Origin: an uncultured Acidobacteriota bacterium
GTDB lineage: Bacteria; Actinomycetota; Acidimicrobiia; Acidimicrobiales; SHLQ01
Direction of reading: 5' to 3'
NCBI GenBank assembly: GCA_963738445.1
Contig: CAVTWS010000024.1
Location: 178,439 to 242,438 of the forward strand
DNA length: 64,000 nucleotides
Shown here piece after piece: positions 1 through 10,157 of this stretch. The notes under the pieces were generated by a model, which was not told where the DNA came from, ran no database searches, and worked only from the letters and a program-made list of their open reading frames with translations. Positions within the stretch are counted from its first letter, which is position 1; the number at the start of each line of letters is the position of its first letter. A program made the position numbers and the translations under genes.

Positions 1-839
1 GTGATCCCCATAGATGGCGATGTCGAGGAAATGGTGCCAAGACCACGACACAGCCGTGAAGTCGGCCTCACCGGTTCGTCGAGTTCCCGATGCGGCGCCG
101 CTGACGACGTAGGTGACGCCGCCGATGGGATGGCTGCGCTGATAGTCGTGATCGTGACCCGACAGCACGAGTTGAACGCCGTATCGCTCGAACACCGGAG
201 CGAACGCCTCGACGGACGTCGAGGCGCAGAGCCCTGGTAGCCGGCCGAGTACGGCGGATGGTGGACAGCGACGATCCTCCACGTGGCGTCGGTGTCGAGC
301 CAGGGTCTGTTCGTGGAAGGCCATCAGTGGCGGATCCTCGACGTCGTTGGAGTCGAGCCCGACGATCAGAACCTCGTCGACGATCGGCCGACCATACGGA
401 CCCGACATCCCCAGCGCCGCCATACTGCGCGTCCCCGTTGCCGCCGCGGACATCGTGATTGCCAAGGATGGCCAGAGTCGGGTGCCACTGCCCAGCAGCC
501 GCCGGAACGGCTCGAACACGGTGGCGGGCGGCCGTTGCGGATCCCCGTCGGGGTACACGTTGTCGCCGAGCAGCAGGAGCGAATCGTACGGCAGTGGTCT
601 CGGAGATCTCGACCGATCGCCGTCGCCGTGGCGTCGAGGCGGGAGCCGCTGTCGCCGACATCGCCGGCGACGGCGAGATGCGTAGGGGGGCTCGTCGAAG
701 GGCACGTAGGGCCTCGGTCGATGTCGGTGCCGCCCTTCCAATGGGTGAGGTACGACACGATCTGGCGCCCGTAGAACGCATACGCCAGCGATCCCCCGAC
801 GAGGAGGATCGACAGCGCCGCGATGGCAGACCTCTTCAC
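1..839 (-). CDS. Calcineurin-like metallophosphoesterase. The 3' end runs off the window start. The reading frame is broken at least twice, near 240-400 and 700-780.
   Basis: ORF 366-839 starts MKRSAIAALSILLVGG and contains GDVGDSG. The ORF 68-781 frame contains LAILGNHD. Hand translation of a third frame over 1-240 gives ERYGVQLVLSGHDHDYQRSHPIGGVTYVVSGAAS, the GHDHxYQR motif. Confidence 0.6.
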
Positions 840-934
840 TCGTCGTCGGAGCCCATCGACGCTCGCCGAAGTCCTCCCGGAGCGAAAGGGACCAAAGCCC
901 CCGGATCAGCGCGGTAGGTCGATAGGTTCCGGCG

Positions 935-3001
935 GTGAGACCGGTTCCGTTGATCGTCGAACTGAGGATCCGTTGGCCGCCGATCCCCGACCTCGTAGGG
1001 GCCAAGGCGGCCAACCTTGCCGTGTGCCGAGCTGCTGGCCTCCCGACCCTCCCCGGGATTCGTGATCACGACGTCGGCAACGTCGGCGGGGCTATCCGAT
1101 GCCGAGGGTCGAAGAAGCAGATCCGGCACCGATACGAGCGCGCCGGGTCTGAGCTCTCCGATGGTCGTGAGATCGTCCTCGACCATCGAGGATGCCGTTC
1201 AGTCATCGATGGCCGGGCGATTCACGTCGGTGTTGAACGTCGCTGGATGGGAGAACTTCCGTCAAGCCGTTGCCGACGTCATCGCGTCCGGTGCCGCCGT
1301 GCATGGCGGCCGAAGGCGTCCGACAACCCGATCGCCGTGTTGGTGCAGCCCCAACTCGAAGCCCGGTACGGGGGTGTCATGTTCGGCGTCGACCCGGTGA
1401 CCGGACGGCGGGACCACCTCGTCGTGGAGATCGTGCCGGCCGGGCCGGTGGCTCTGGTGTCGGGAACGTTGAACGCCGGCCACCACGTGATGACCCGGCG
1501 CGGTCGCCTGGTCGAGTCAACGAACGCGGCGGCGGCCCCTCCGCTCACTCGTCCGGTCCGGCATCGCCTTGCGGGTATGGCGGCACGCGCCCAGGCCGCG
1601 TTCGGGAGCCCGCAGGACATCGAATGGGCGGTCGACACCGACGAACGTCTGTGGCTCCTGCAGAGCCGGCCGGTGACCGCGACCGCGTCGGCTGATCGCC
1701 ACGCCGTCACGTTCGGGACCGGCCCACTCGCCGAGACGTTCCCGAACCCGCTGCGCACCCTGGAGATCGACCTCTGGCTCAACCCACTTCGCGACGGGAT
1801 CGTTCGCGCCCTCCGGACTTCGGGGGCGGTCCCCGACCGCGCCATCGAGACATCACCGGTCGTCGCGGCGGTCGACGGATGGGCGGCCGCTGACCTCGGT
1901 CTGCTCGGCCTCACCACCGGACACCGAGGTCTACGCCGGTGGACCCGCCCAGGTGTGATCCTTCGACGCCTCGGGACGGCGTGGAGAGTCGGCCGAATCC
2001 GAGTCGCCCTTCCGCAACTCAGTGACGAGGTGTTGATGGCGGTCGACGAACACCTCGAGGCGATCCCGCCCCTGGAGGACCTCGACGACCCGGCCCTCGC
2101 CGACACGGAGAACCGAGCGCTTCGGGAGCTGGCGACGGTCCACTGCTACGAGGTGCTCGCGGGAATGCTGCTGCCCGGCGACCGCGGAGTTCCGGCCGCG
2201 CTCGTCGCATTGGAGGCCTTGTCGAACGGACGCCAGCATGGTTCGACGGACCACGACATCGTCGCGTCCCGACCCGAGGTGTTGACGCTCGTGCCCCCGA
2301 GCATGGACCAGATCGTGCTCCCGCAGACCGCATCGTCGGCGCCGACTGCTGGCCACACCGTGGCCGATGTCGGGGTACGGGATGCGCTTCGCCTCCGCAC
2401 CCGGTGGCTGCAGGAGCTCGTGGGCCGCACCGCTCGGGTGGCGATCTATCGGTGTGTCGAGCGGGGCCGAATCCATGACGTCGCGGAGGGACGGGAGATG
2501 TCGTGGGAGGAGCTCCGAACGGCCCTCATCGACGGCGTCGTGCCGTCCGATCTCGCAACACGCCACTCCCGGATCGCCGGTCCGCCGCTACCGTCGGTCT
2601 TTCGCCGGGAGAGCCAAGGTTCGATACGGCCACTCGCTGCCGGAGGCGGGACGACCCTGCGGGGCCAACCAGCCGGTGGTGGAAGGGCGGTTGGAACGGT
2701 CCGACACCGGGTGGACACCGGTGATGCCATGTCCGGGACCATCCTGGTCACCCGGCACCTGGAGCCTTCGCTGGCGCCCCTGCTCGCCGGCCTCGATGGC
2801 ATCGTCGCCGAGACGGGAAGCGCGCTGTCGCACCTGGCCATCCTGGCCCGTGAGGTTGGCGTCCCGTGCGTCGTCGGGCTTCCCGATGCGCTCGCGCGCC
2901 TTCCCCAGGGGTCACGCGTTGCGGTCGACGGTACGACGGGCGACGTGACGCTCGTGGATGACACCCTCCCCGGGAACCTCCCGGAGATGGGTGCACCATG
3001 A
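935..3001 (+). CDS. PEP-utilising enzyme family protein, similar to PEP synthase or rifampicin phosphotransferase. It has an N-terminal PEP/pyruvate-binding domain and a C-terminal mobile domain. The frame is broken near 1080 and 1300.
   Basis: N-terminal LVGAKAANLAVCRAAGLPTLPG. The true frame over 1017-1400 gives VVRSSSTIEDAVQSSMAGRFTSVLNV. C-terminal GSALSHLAILAREVGVPCVVGLPDA. Confidence 0.7.
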   Translation: MRPVPLIVELRIRWPPIPDLVGAKAANLAVCRAAGLPTLPGIRDHDVGNVGGAIRCRGSKKQIRHRYERAGSELSDGREIVLDHRGCRSVIDGRAIHVGVERRWMGELPSSRCRRHRVRCRRAWRPKASDNPIAVLVQPQLEARYGGVMFGVDPVTGRRDHLVVEIVPAGPVALVSGTLNAGHHVMTRRGRLVESTNAAAAPPLTRPVRHRLAGMAARAQAAFGSPQDIEWAVDTDERLWLLQSRPVTATASADRHAVTFGTGPLAETFPNPLRTLEIDLWLNPLRDGIVRALRTSGAVPDRAIETSPVVAAVDGWAAADLGLLGLTTGHRGLRRWTRPGVILRRLGTAWRVGRIRVALPQLSDEVLMAVDEHLEAIPPLEDLDDPALADTENRALRELATVHCYEVLAGMLLPGDRGVPAALVALEALSNGRQHGSTDHDIVASRPEVLTLVPPSMDQIVLPQTASSAPTAGHTVADVGVRDALRLRTRWLQELVGRTARVAIYRCVERGRIHDVAEGREMSWEELRTALIDGVVPSDLATRHSRIAGPPLPSVFRRESQGSIRPLAAGGGTTLRGQPAGGGRAVGTVRHRVDTGDAMSGTILVTRHLEPSLAPLLAGLDGIVAETGSALSHLAILAREVGVPCVVGLPDALARLPQGSRVAVDGTTGDVTLVDDTLPGNLPEMGAP

Positions 3002-3960
3002 GTCCTTGGAAGGTCGCACGGCTCGCCGCAGGCCTGCTGAACATCGTCGTTCTCGTCGTCTCGGGCGTGTACCTCCTCGTCTACCTGTATCGCTGGGAGT
3101 GGAATCGCGCCCAGCTCTCCGGGTTGTTCTTCCTCGCGGCACTGGTCACCCTCACCGCGAGCATGATCCTGAGGAGCATCGCCGGGCTCGAAGATCGACT
3201 CGGTCAGATCGAGCGCCACAACCGCGTGACGAAGGTCCTCGCCGAGACGAATGCGCCGCGCCGCGAGCGAGCGGTTCCGCTGGCTGACGAGCACCGATCG
3301 GCTCTCGGTGTTCGTCCCCGTCCTGCTCGGTACTGGTGTGCTCCTGTCGTTCCTGGCCTACGCGGTCGAGCGCCTCTCAGGTGCTGTCGCCGGCCCGACG
3401 GTTGACCGGAAGACAGCCAAGCTCCTCGCCCCTGACCTCCCGCTCGGTGCTCTCGATGCCGACCGGCAACGCACTCGCGACATCCCCCATCGAACCGCGA
3501 GCAGGAGAGCCGACCTTGCGTGGTTGGTCGTCGTCGGAGTCGCCATCGTGATGGCGGTCGCCGCTATCGACGCGATCGGTGACGCCACCCAGTCGAGACC
3601 TGAGAGCGACACGCCATCGCCGGGCACGATGGCCATGACCATTCACATCGAGCAGCGCGGCGATGCTCGCCCGACGGTCGTCGTGGCGGAGGCGCTGTGG
3701 ACCGCGTGTCGAACACGCGTCCCTGACGGCACCCACACGCTCGTGATTCAACCCACCGAAGGCAACCGCGCTCGTCTGGTCATCGACCGACAGCTCGGCG
3801 ATCTGAGCCGTCGAAGGCTCTACGGATGTCTCGAAGATGCCACGCTCGATCTCGTCAGCGCCCACATCGAGCTCGTCGAGTTCTCGACGATCGTTCGAAC
3901 CGCGCTCGGTGGGGGTCGGGCGTTCCGTGTGGCTGTCGGACCCGGGGAAGAACATGACCT
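2998..3960 (+). CDS. Polytopic membrane protein of unknown function. There is one frame break near 3250 and the 3' end is uncertain.
   Basis: The ATGA start overlaps the upstream stop. TM helices LLNIVVLVVSGVYLLVYLY and FVPVLLGTGVLLSFLAYAV lie in two frames joined at about 3250. The soluble domain is followed by a long overlap with the antisense ORF. Confidence 0.45.
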
Positions 3961-4513
3961 CATGAGGCGGATCGTGCGGATCATCGAGCCAGTTGACGAA
4001 GTACGGCGTGCCGCCGTCGGGTCCCGTGCGCGTGATGACACCTCGGCGTTCTCGAGTTCCCACGGCCTTGCCGTGAACGACCACGATGTCACCCGGGCGC
4101 ACAACCATTCCACCACGACCCTCGTGATGTGCCGGCGGAAGCTGCTCCGGCGCGAGCCGCGACAGCTCACGAAGCAGATCGAAGGACGAAACGATCCCGA
4201 CCAGGTCAGGCCCGTCGAGCACGACGAGGTGGTGCACGCGTTCGGCGAGCATCACCCGCGCACAGTCGCTGACCGTCGTCGATTCGTCGACGAATCTGAC
4301 CCGGTCGCTCATCACGGTGACGATGCCCTGTTCGGGTGCCCACTCCTCGACCAGATCCAGGGACGACACCACGCCGACGACCCGACCGCTGTCATCGACG
4401 ACGGGTACGGCGTGGATGCGTCCGTCGAGCAGGATGTCTCGCGCCGTACCGACAACGTCGGCGGCACCGATGGTCCGCACGTCCTCGGTCATCAGATCAC
4501 GGATCGTCCTCAT
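3925..4513 (-). CDS. CBS-pair domain protein with a C-terminal DUF1918-like domain. The 3' end is uncertain.
   Basis: MRTIRDLMTEDVRTIGAADVV...HAVPVVDDSGRVVGVVSSLDL...VHHLVVLDGPDLVGIVSSFDLL are CBS motifs. They are followed by MVVRPGDIVVVHGKAVG...GTPYFVNWLDDPHDPPHEVMFFPGSD, which is DUF1918-like. Confidence 0.6.
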
Positions 4514-4731
4514 TGCTGTCGCCTCCTCGGCCGTCGAGGTCGCCGCTCCTGAGCCAGAGGTCGGCGCCATCTCGGCACGTCGTCCTCGTGACGCGACCAC
4601 ATCGACACAATCGAAGCCCAGGGCCTTAAGTCACGCGTTCACAAATCGGGCCCGCTCGTCGCCACCAAGTTCCGCGACCAGGACAAACCCTGGTAGCCAA
4701 GGCCCGGGGAGACGACTTCAGACCCCGGGAG

Positions 4732-5538
4732 GTGGCCACACTCATGGATCTCGGTGTACGCGGCAAGCGTTTCATCATCGTGGGCGGCACGGCCGGAATG
4801 GGTTTCGCCGCCGGTCAGGTCCTGGCCGCCGATGGGGCCGATCTGGTCCTCGTCGGCCGGGACCGTGATCGAGCCGAGTCGGCGGCCTCGCGGCTCCGGG
4901 CGGATCACGGCACCGACATCGGCATCGCCGTGGCGGACGTCCGCGACACCGACCAGATCGAGCACGCGGTCGCGTCGTCCGCGGCGCGACCGGGTGGGGT
5001 CCAGGGCATGGCGGTCCTGACCGGACTGCTCGGCCACGCCCCCATCGATTCTCCGGACGACGACTGGCTGACCGCACTCGACGACGTCCTCATGGGCACC
5101 GTCCGCTGCGTACGGGCCGTGCTCCCCCATCTGGTCGCCGGAGGCGGGGGCACCATCGTCACGACCTCGGCGTACTCCATCCGCGACCCGCAGGCGGCCC
5201 GCCTTCCCTACGGTTCGGCCAAGGCGGCAGTAGCCACCTTCTCCAAGGGCATCGCCAAGGCGTACGGCCAGCATCACATCCGTGCGAACTGCGTGTGCCC
5301 GGGCGCCATCGAGACCGAGGGTCTCCACGCCATGCGCCAGCACGTCGCAGACACCAAGGGCTGGCCCTACGACGAAGCCCTCGAGCGGGTCATGGTCGAG
5401 GAGTGGGGCATGCACGTGGCGCTGAAGCGGCCCGGCCGACCGGCCGAGGTCGGTGAGCTCATCGCCTTCCTCCTGTCGGCCCGCGCCGCCTACCTGACGG
5501 GCGCCCTGATCAACATCGACGGGGGCACCGACTTCTAG
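4732..5538 (+). CDS. SDR family NAD(P)-dependent oxidoreductase.
   Basis: Intact 268-aa ORF. It has GGTAGMGFA near the N-terminus, a YxxxK segment (YGSAKAAVATFSKG) and a C-terminal LTGALINIDGG. Confidence 0.85.
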   Translation: MATLMDLGVRGKRFIIVGGTAGMGFAAGQVLAADGADLVLVGRDRDRAESAASRLRADHGTDIGIAVADVRDTDQIEHAVASSAARPGGVQGMAVLTGLLGHAPIDSPDDDWLTALDDVLMGTVRCVRAVLPHLVAGGGGTIVTTSAYSIRDPQAARLPYGSAKAAVATFSKGIAKAYGQHHIRANCVCPGAIETEGLHAMRQHVADTKGWPYDEALERVMVEEWGMHVALKRPGRPAEVGELIAFLLSARAAYLTGALINIDGGTDF

Positions 5539-5579
5539 GCGAACCCTCAGGCTCATCGTCGCACCGCCGACGGAGGTAG

Positions 5580-6704
5580 GTGTCGACGACTGACCGTCAA
5601 GCCTGGGCCGTGGCCGCCCTCGGCCTGCTCGTGGGGGTGCTGGTCTGCGCCGGGCTCCTGCTCGGCTCGGGTGGTGACCCGATGACGTTCGCCGCGCTCG
5701 GCCAGGACGACACCCAGACCACCCCCCACGTGATCGACGTGTACGGGGACGATGTCCACCTCCGTCCCGACCTCGGTCACGACGGGCGCTTCTTCCTCGT
5801 GCAGGCACTCGACCCGCTCTACGTGTCGGCCGAACACGCGCAGTTCCTGGACCGGCCGGTCTACCGCGGTCAGCGGATGCTGTTCCCCCTCCTCGCCGGC
5901 CTCGGGGGGTTGGCACCGATCGAAGCCGTGCCCTGGCTCATGGGCGCGACACAACTGGCGGCGATGGCTCTGGGCACCTTCGCGACGGCGCGGCTCGCGC
6001 TCCGACTGGGAGGGCGGGCCGAGCTCGGCCTGGCGTTCGCCCTCAGTCCCGCAGTGCTGGGCGAGCTCGGGATCGGAGGCGCCGGCGTGGTGGCGCTCGC
6101 CGCGGCGATCTGGGCGACGGTTCTCGTGGAGGAGGACCGACTGCGGGCCGCGGCCACATGGTTCGCACTGGCCGCGCTGGCCCGTGAGGTGATGCTCCTG
6201 TACGTCGCCGGCGTGGCGCTGCACCGGCTGGTGCGGACTCGACGTATTCCGTGGACGATCGCCATCCCACCCGGCCTCGCCGTCGGGGCCTGGGGGATGT
6301 ATCTGAGGCTCCGGCTCGACTCCGGCTCGGGCGTGAACGAGGTGCGCGAGTTCGACCTGCCGTTCGCCGGCATCGTGCGAGCGGCTTCGTCGTGGACGAA
6401 CGATTCGCCGTTCAGCTGGGCGATGCGGGTCCTCGTCGTGACGGCGCTCGTCGGGATGATCGCCGCCGCCTCGAAACGTCCCAACGCCATCACCTGGGGA
6501 TCGGTCGGCTTCGCCGTGCTGGCCGTGCTCCTGTCGAAGTTCGTATGGCGCGAATGGTTCGACATCGCCCGCGCCGTGCTGCCCGTGTTCACCGCCGTGG
6601 CCCTCACCTGGGGAACCCGGCCCCGAACATCTGCGCCGAAGTCCGACCCCGGTACGGGACTCCGCTCAGGGGAACCGGCCAACGTGTCGATTGGACTGGG
6701 ATGA
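5580..6704 (+). CDS. Polytopic integral membrane protein. It is a possible membrane partner of the downstream GT2 enzyme.
   Basis: Intact 374-aa ORF with about 9 hydrophobic helices. Its stop overlaps the GT2 start (ATGA at 6701-6704). Confidence 0.6.
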   Translation: MSTTDRQAWAVAALGLLVGVLVCAGLLLGSGGDPMTFAALGQDDTQTTPHVIDVYGDDVHLRPDLGHDGRFFLVQALDPLYVSAEHAQFLDRPVYRGQRMLFPLLAGLGGLAPIEAVPWLMGATQLAAMALGTFATARLALRLGGRAELGLAFALSPAVLGELGIGGAGVVALAAAIWATVLVEEDRLRAAATWFALAALAREVMLLYVAGVALHRLVRTRRIPWTIAIPPGLAVGAWGMYLRLRLDSGSGVNEVREFDLPFAGIVRAASSWTNDSPFSWAMRVLVVTALVGMIAAASKRPNAITWGSVGFAVLAVLLSKFVWREWFDIARAVLPVFTAVALTWGTRPRTSAPKSDPGTGLRSGEPANVSIGLG

Positions 6705-7495
6705 AACCTGACATCGCCCCCGGGACCGCGCGCCCCGGAGCGATGCGCGAGATCGCCGCCCGGGTGATCGAAGCCGCCACCCACCCCGACCCGCCGGTCC
6801 CCGTCGCCCTGTCGATCCTCGTCCCCGTCTACAACGAGGTCGCCACGCTCGAAATCTTCCTCGACCGGCTGCTCGCCCTCGACCTGGGCTTGGAGTACGA
6901 GGTCGTCGCCGTCGACGATGCGAGCACGGACGGATCGTCAGCGGTCCTCGATGGTCGGCACCACCCACGCCTCCGGGTCCACCATCATCCGGTCAACCGC
7001 GGCAAGGGCGCGTCGGTCCAATCGGCACTGGATGTCGCCACGGGTGAGATCGTCGTCGTGCAGGACGCGGACCTGGAGTACGACCCGACCCAGCTACGTG
7101 CTTTGGTCACGCCGGTCCTGACCGGCGAGGTCGACGTCGTGTACGGGTCACGCTTCCTGGGTCAGGCCCGCGACATGCGCCTCGCCAACCGCCTGGCCAA
7201 CAAGGGCCTGACGTTGATGACCCGGGTCCTCTTCTCCGCCCCGATCACCGACATGGAGACGTGTTACAAGGTGGTCCGGAGGAAGCTGCTGAGCGACATG
7301 CGTTTCGAGGCGCAACGGTTCGATCTCGAGCCGGAGATCACCGCCCGTCTGCTACGCCGCGGTCACCGCATCCTCGAGCTGCCCATCGAGTACGACGGGC
7401 GCAGTCACGCGCAGGGCAAGAAGATCGGCTGGCGCGATGGCATCGCCGCGATCCGTACGTTGCTCCGCTGGCGGTTCCTCCGGCCGATCGCCTGA
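6701..7495 (+). CDS. Family 2 glycosyltransferase, similar to polyprenol-phosphate mannose/glucose synthases.
   Basis: LSILVPVYNE, VVAVDDASTDGS, VVVQDADLEYDP and YGSRF are all present. The start at 6701 is an ATG. Confidence 0.85.
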   Translation: MKPDIAPGTARPGAMREIAARVIEAATHPDPPVPVALSILVPVYNEVATLEIFLDRLLALDLGLEYEVVAVDDASTDGSSAVLDGRHHPRLRVHHHPVNRGKGASVQSALDVATGEIVVVQDADLEYDPTQLRALVTPVLTGEVDVVYGSRFLGQARDMRLANRLANKGLTLMTRVLFSAPITDMETCYKVVRRKLLSDMRFEAQRFDLEPEITARLLRRGHRILELPIEYDGRSHAQGKKIGWRDGIAAIRTLLRWRFLRPIA

Positions 7496-7772
7496 CGGGC
7501 CGAGCCGTCACGACGTGCCGTCGATGGCGCGCAGGCGCCGATCCCGTTCGCCGTCGTCGACACCCGGTTGGTCGGCGACGCCGTGTTCGGTGACCACCAG
7601 TCGACGTCGCACCGAGGGGTCGAGACGACATCGACGACCAGCACGATGGTGGAGCGCGAACGGGATGCGCGACTCGGTCGCTCAGGGTCGGCCCGACCGT
7701 TCCGACAGGTCGGGGGTGAGGTCATCCCTGCGTCGACCCGGCACGGCACCCTGGTTGGTGGCAACGATCCTG

Positions 7773-9221
7773 ATGCTCGCCGCCACCGGATCAGCGTTGA
7801 CGGCGGAACGACGATACGGATCTCCGGCCGCCCTGTTCTGGTTGGTGACCGTCGGCGCCACCGTGTGCGCAGTCGGGGCGGCGGTCGTCGTCGCCGCAGG
7901 ATTCCGATCCCGGTCGGCTGAGGTGGCCTTGGGCGGCGCCGGTCTGTGGGCGGCGTCGGTCCTCCCGCTGGTCCACGGCCTCACCGCGCCCGGCGTGCTC
8001 TACGACGAGAGCTCAGCCGTCACCGTGAGCGCCTTCATCGCGCTTCCAGCTGCGCTCGTGTCCGGGCTACCCACGATCGCGCCGACCTGGCCCGGGTCTC
8101 GCCGACTGGCCCGCCACTGGGTCGGCTGGACCGTCACCACCATGACCATCGTGACCGCCTTCGCCGCGTGGTTGCTGATCGCCCCCGATGCGATCCCGCC
8201 CCCGGTACCGGGACATCCGACGACCGTCGCGGTCAGTGGCGGTTGCCTGGTGGCCTTCGTGGCCCTGTCCTGGCGGCAGCTCACCCTGTACTGGGTGAGT
8301 CAGCGGAGAACGATGCTGATGGCTTCGGCGGCCTACCTGCTCCTCGGCTCCACCGCTCTGGTCTGGTGGCAGACGTCGACGTTCACATTGGGGTGGTGGC
8401 TTGTCCACGTCATGGACATCACCGCAGTCCTGCTGGCCTGTCTGGGCCTGTTGGCCGCTCGCCAGCGGTCGATATCAGCACACGATCTGCTGTCCCCGAT
8501 CCTCGATCGCGACCCGCTCGCCGCGCTCGAGTTCGGACTGGCCCCCGTCGTCCACCGTTTCATCGCCGACCTCGAGACGAAGGATCGGGTCACCCGAGAT
8601 CATGTCGTCCGCACCACCGAGGCGGCGCTGCGTGTCGGTCAATCCCTCGACGTCCCCTTCCACCGTTTGCGTTTCCTCGGCTTGGGGGCGCTCCTCCACG
8701 ACGTCGGGAAGCTGCATGTCCCGGTCGCCCTGATCACGAAACCGGGTCGGCTCACCGACCGCGAGATGGCAGTGATGCAGCGACACAGCGCGATCGGCGC
8801 CGAGATGCTCGCCGGTATCGAGTTCCTCGCTCCCGCCGCGGGATTTGTGCGTCATCACCACGAGCGAGTCGACGGAATGGGCTATCCGGACGCGCTCGTC
8901 GGACGCCAGATACCGCTCGAGGCCCGCATCATCAGCGTCTGCGACGCGTTCGATGCCATGGCCCACACTCGCCAGTATCGCACCGGGATGGGTACCGAGC
9001 GGGCGGAGGCCGTCCTGTGGGAGCACGCTGGAAGTCAATGGGATCCCGTTGTCGTCGATGCGGCGATACCGGTTCTCCGAACGCTCTTCGGCGCAGCACC
9101 GCGGCTCGATGATGTCGGTCGCACCAACGGCCGGCCCATGGTCTCGGTCGAGCACGCCTGCGTATGCGCTGACGCGCTTCCGCCCCCTCCTGAGCACGAA
9201 TCGGCGGCCGTGTTCAGCTGA
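7773..9221 (+). CDS. HD-GYP domain phosphodiesterase with an N-terminal multi-pass membrane sensor domain.
   Basis: About 8 TM helices are followed by LLHDVGK (the HD motif) and HHERVDGMGYPD (the GYP motif). The start was chosen at an ATG at 7773 or a GTG at 7758. Confidence 0.8.
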   Translation: MLAATGSALTAERRYGSPAALFWLVTVGATVCAVGAAVVVAAGFRSRSAEVALGGAGLWAASVLPLVHGLTAPGVLYDESSAVTVSAFIALPAALVSGLPTIAPTWPGSRRLARHWVGWTVTTMTIVTAFAAWLLIAPDAIPPPVPGHPTTVAVSGGCLVAFVALSWRQLTLYWVSQRRTMLMASAAYLLLGSTALVWWQTSTFTLGWWLVHVMDITAVLLACLGLLAARQRSISAHDLLSPILDRDPLAALEFGLAPVVHRFIADLETKDRVTRDHVVRTTEAALRVGQSLDVPFHRLRFLGLGALLHDVGKLHVPVALITKPGRLTDREMAVMQRHSAIGAEMLAGIEFLAPAAGFVRHHHERVDGMGYPDALVGRQIPLEARIISVCDAFDAMAHTRQYRTGMGTERAEAVLWEHAGSQWDPVVVDAAIPVLRTLFGAAPRLDDVGRTNGRPMVSVEHACVCADALPPPPEHESAAVFS

Positions 9222-9232
9222 CCGAGGCGGGA

Positions 9233-9291
9233 CGCTACCGGCGGGCCCCGTAGGGTGTCCCTGCGCTACCGGCGGGCCCCGTAGTGTGGCC
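9233..9291. repeat. Direct repeat, two copies 31 bp apart, upstream of the LLM F420 oxidoreductase gene.
   Basis: CGCTACCGGCGGGCCCCGTAGGGTGTCC at 9233-9260 and CGCTACCGGCGGGCCCCGTAGTGTGGCC at 9264-9291. Confidence 0.7.
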
Positions 9292-9293
9292 CG

Positions 9294-10154
9294 GTGCACC
9301 TGGGATTCACGTCGATGAACACGCCCGAAGAGGTGCCGCCCGGCCGCCTCGGGCGGGAGCTCGAAGCGCGGGGCTACGAATCGTTGTGGATCGGCGAACA
9401 CACCCACATCCCGGCCTCGCGGCTCACGCCGTATCCGGCGGGCGGCGAGATGCCCAGCCCGTACCGGCGGATGATGGATCCCTACGTCGCCCACATGGCC
9501 GCCGCGGCGGCGACGACGGATCTCGTGCTCGGCTTCGGGGTCGCGCTCCCGCTCGAACACGACCTCTTCGCCCTCGCCAAGTCCGTGGCCACCCTCGATC
9601 TGCTGTCGGGCGGCCGGGTGCAGTTCGGCGTCGGCTGCGGCTGGAACCAGGAGGAGCTGGCCAACCATCGGTCGTTCCCGTGGTCGCAGCGCTACCGTGC
9701 CCTCGCCGAATGCGTGGCCGCGCTCCGCCGGCTGTGGACCGACGAGGACGCCGAGTTCCACGGCACCTACTACGACTTCGACCCGGTGTGGTCCTCGCCC
9801 AAACCGGTGCAGAAGCCCACGCTGCCGATCGTGTGCGGCATGTCCGGAAGGCTCGGCACGGAACACGCGGTGGCGTGGGCCGATGGCTGGATGCCGATGG
9901 ATGTCGGTCTCGGCAACGTCGCGAAGAAGGTCGCCCTGTTCCGGCAGGCGGTGGCCGACTCCGGCCGTGACCCGTCGGCCGTGCCGATCACCATGGTCGT
10001 GTGGGGAGACCCCACCCCCGAGACACTGGCCGGCTACCGCGACCTCGGCATCGAGCGCGCGGTGATCGGCGCCTCCCGCACGGGATGGGACGATCCGGGC
10101 ACGACCCTGACGTTCCTCGACACCTACGCGCCGCTGATCCCCGATCTGGCCTGA
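9294..10154 (+). CDS. LLM-class (luciferase-like) F420-dependent oxidoreductase.
   Basis: Intact 286-aa ORF with GYESLWIGEHTHIP and FGVGCGWNQEE, which are typical of the family. Confidence 0.8.
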   Translation: MHLGFTSMNTPEEVPPGRLGRELEARGYESLWIGEHTHIPASRLTPYPAGGEMPSPYRRMMDPYVAHMAAAAATTDLVLGFGVALPLEHDLFALAKSVATLDLLSGGRVQFGVGCGWNQEELANHRSFPWSQRYRALAECVAALRRLWTDEDAEFHGTYYDFDPVWSSPKPVQKPTLPIVCGMSGRLGTEHAVAWADGWMPMDVGLGNVAKKVALFRQAVADSGRDPSAVPITMVVWGDPTPETLAGYRDLGIERAVIGASRTGWDDPGTTLTFLDTYAPLIPDLA

Positions 10155-10157
10155 GGC

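Noticed and set aside
3880-3900. GTTCGAACC, a tRNA T-loop-like string.
   Set aside because: It lies inside coding sequence with no acceptor or anticodon stem context. I found no tRNA or rRNA in the window.
4639-5916. Long reverse-strand ORFs of 200-850 aa, for example 4639-5916(-), 5870-6784(-), 8475-9866(-), 17285-18736(+), 18459-19805(+), 24814-25827(+), 29651-30763(+), 56216-57298(+), 57301-59337(+) and 59001-61412(+).
   Set aside because: They are antisense to genes with clear family motifs. Their composition is Arg/Pro/Gly-rich and low-complexity, which is typical of spurious ORFs in roughly 70% GC DNA. None carries a recognisable domain.
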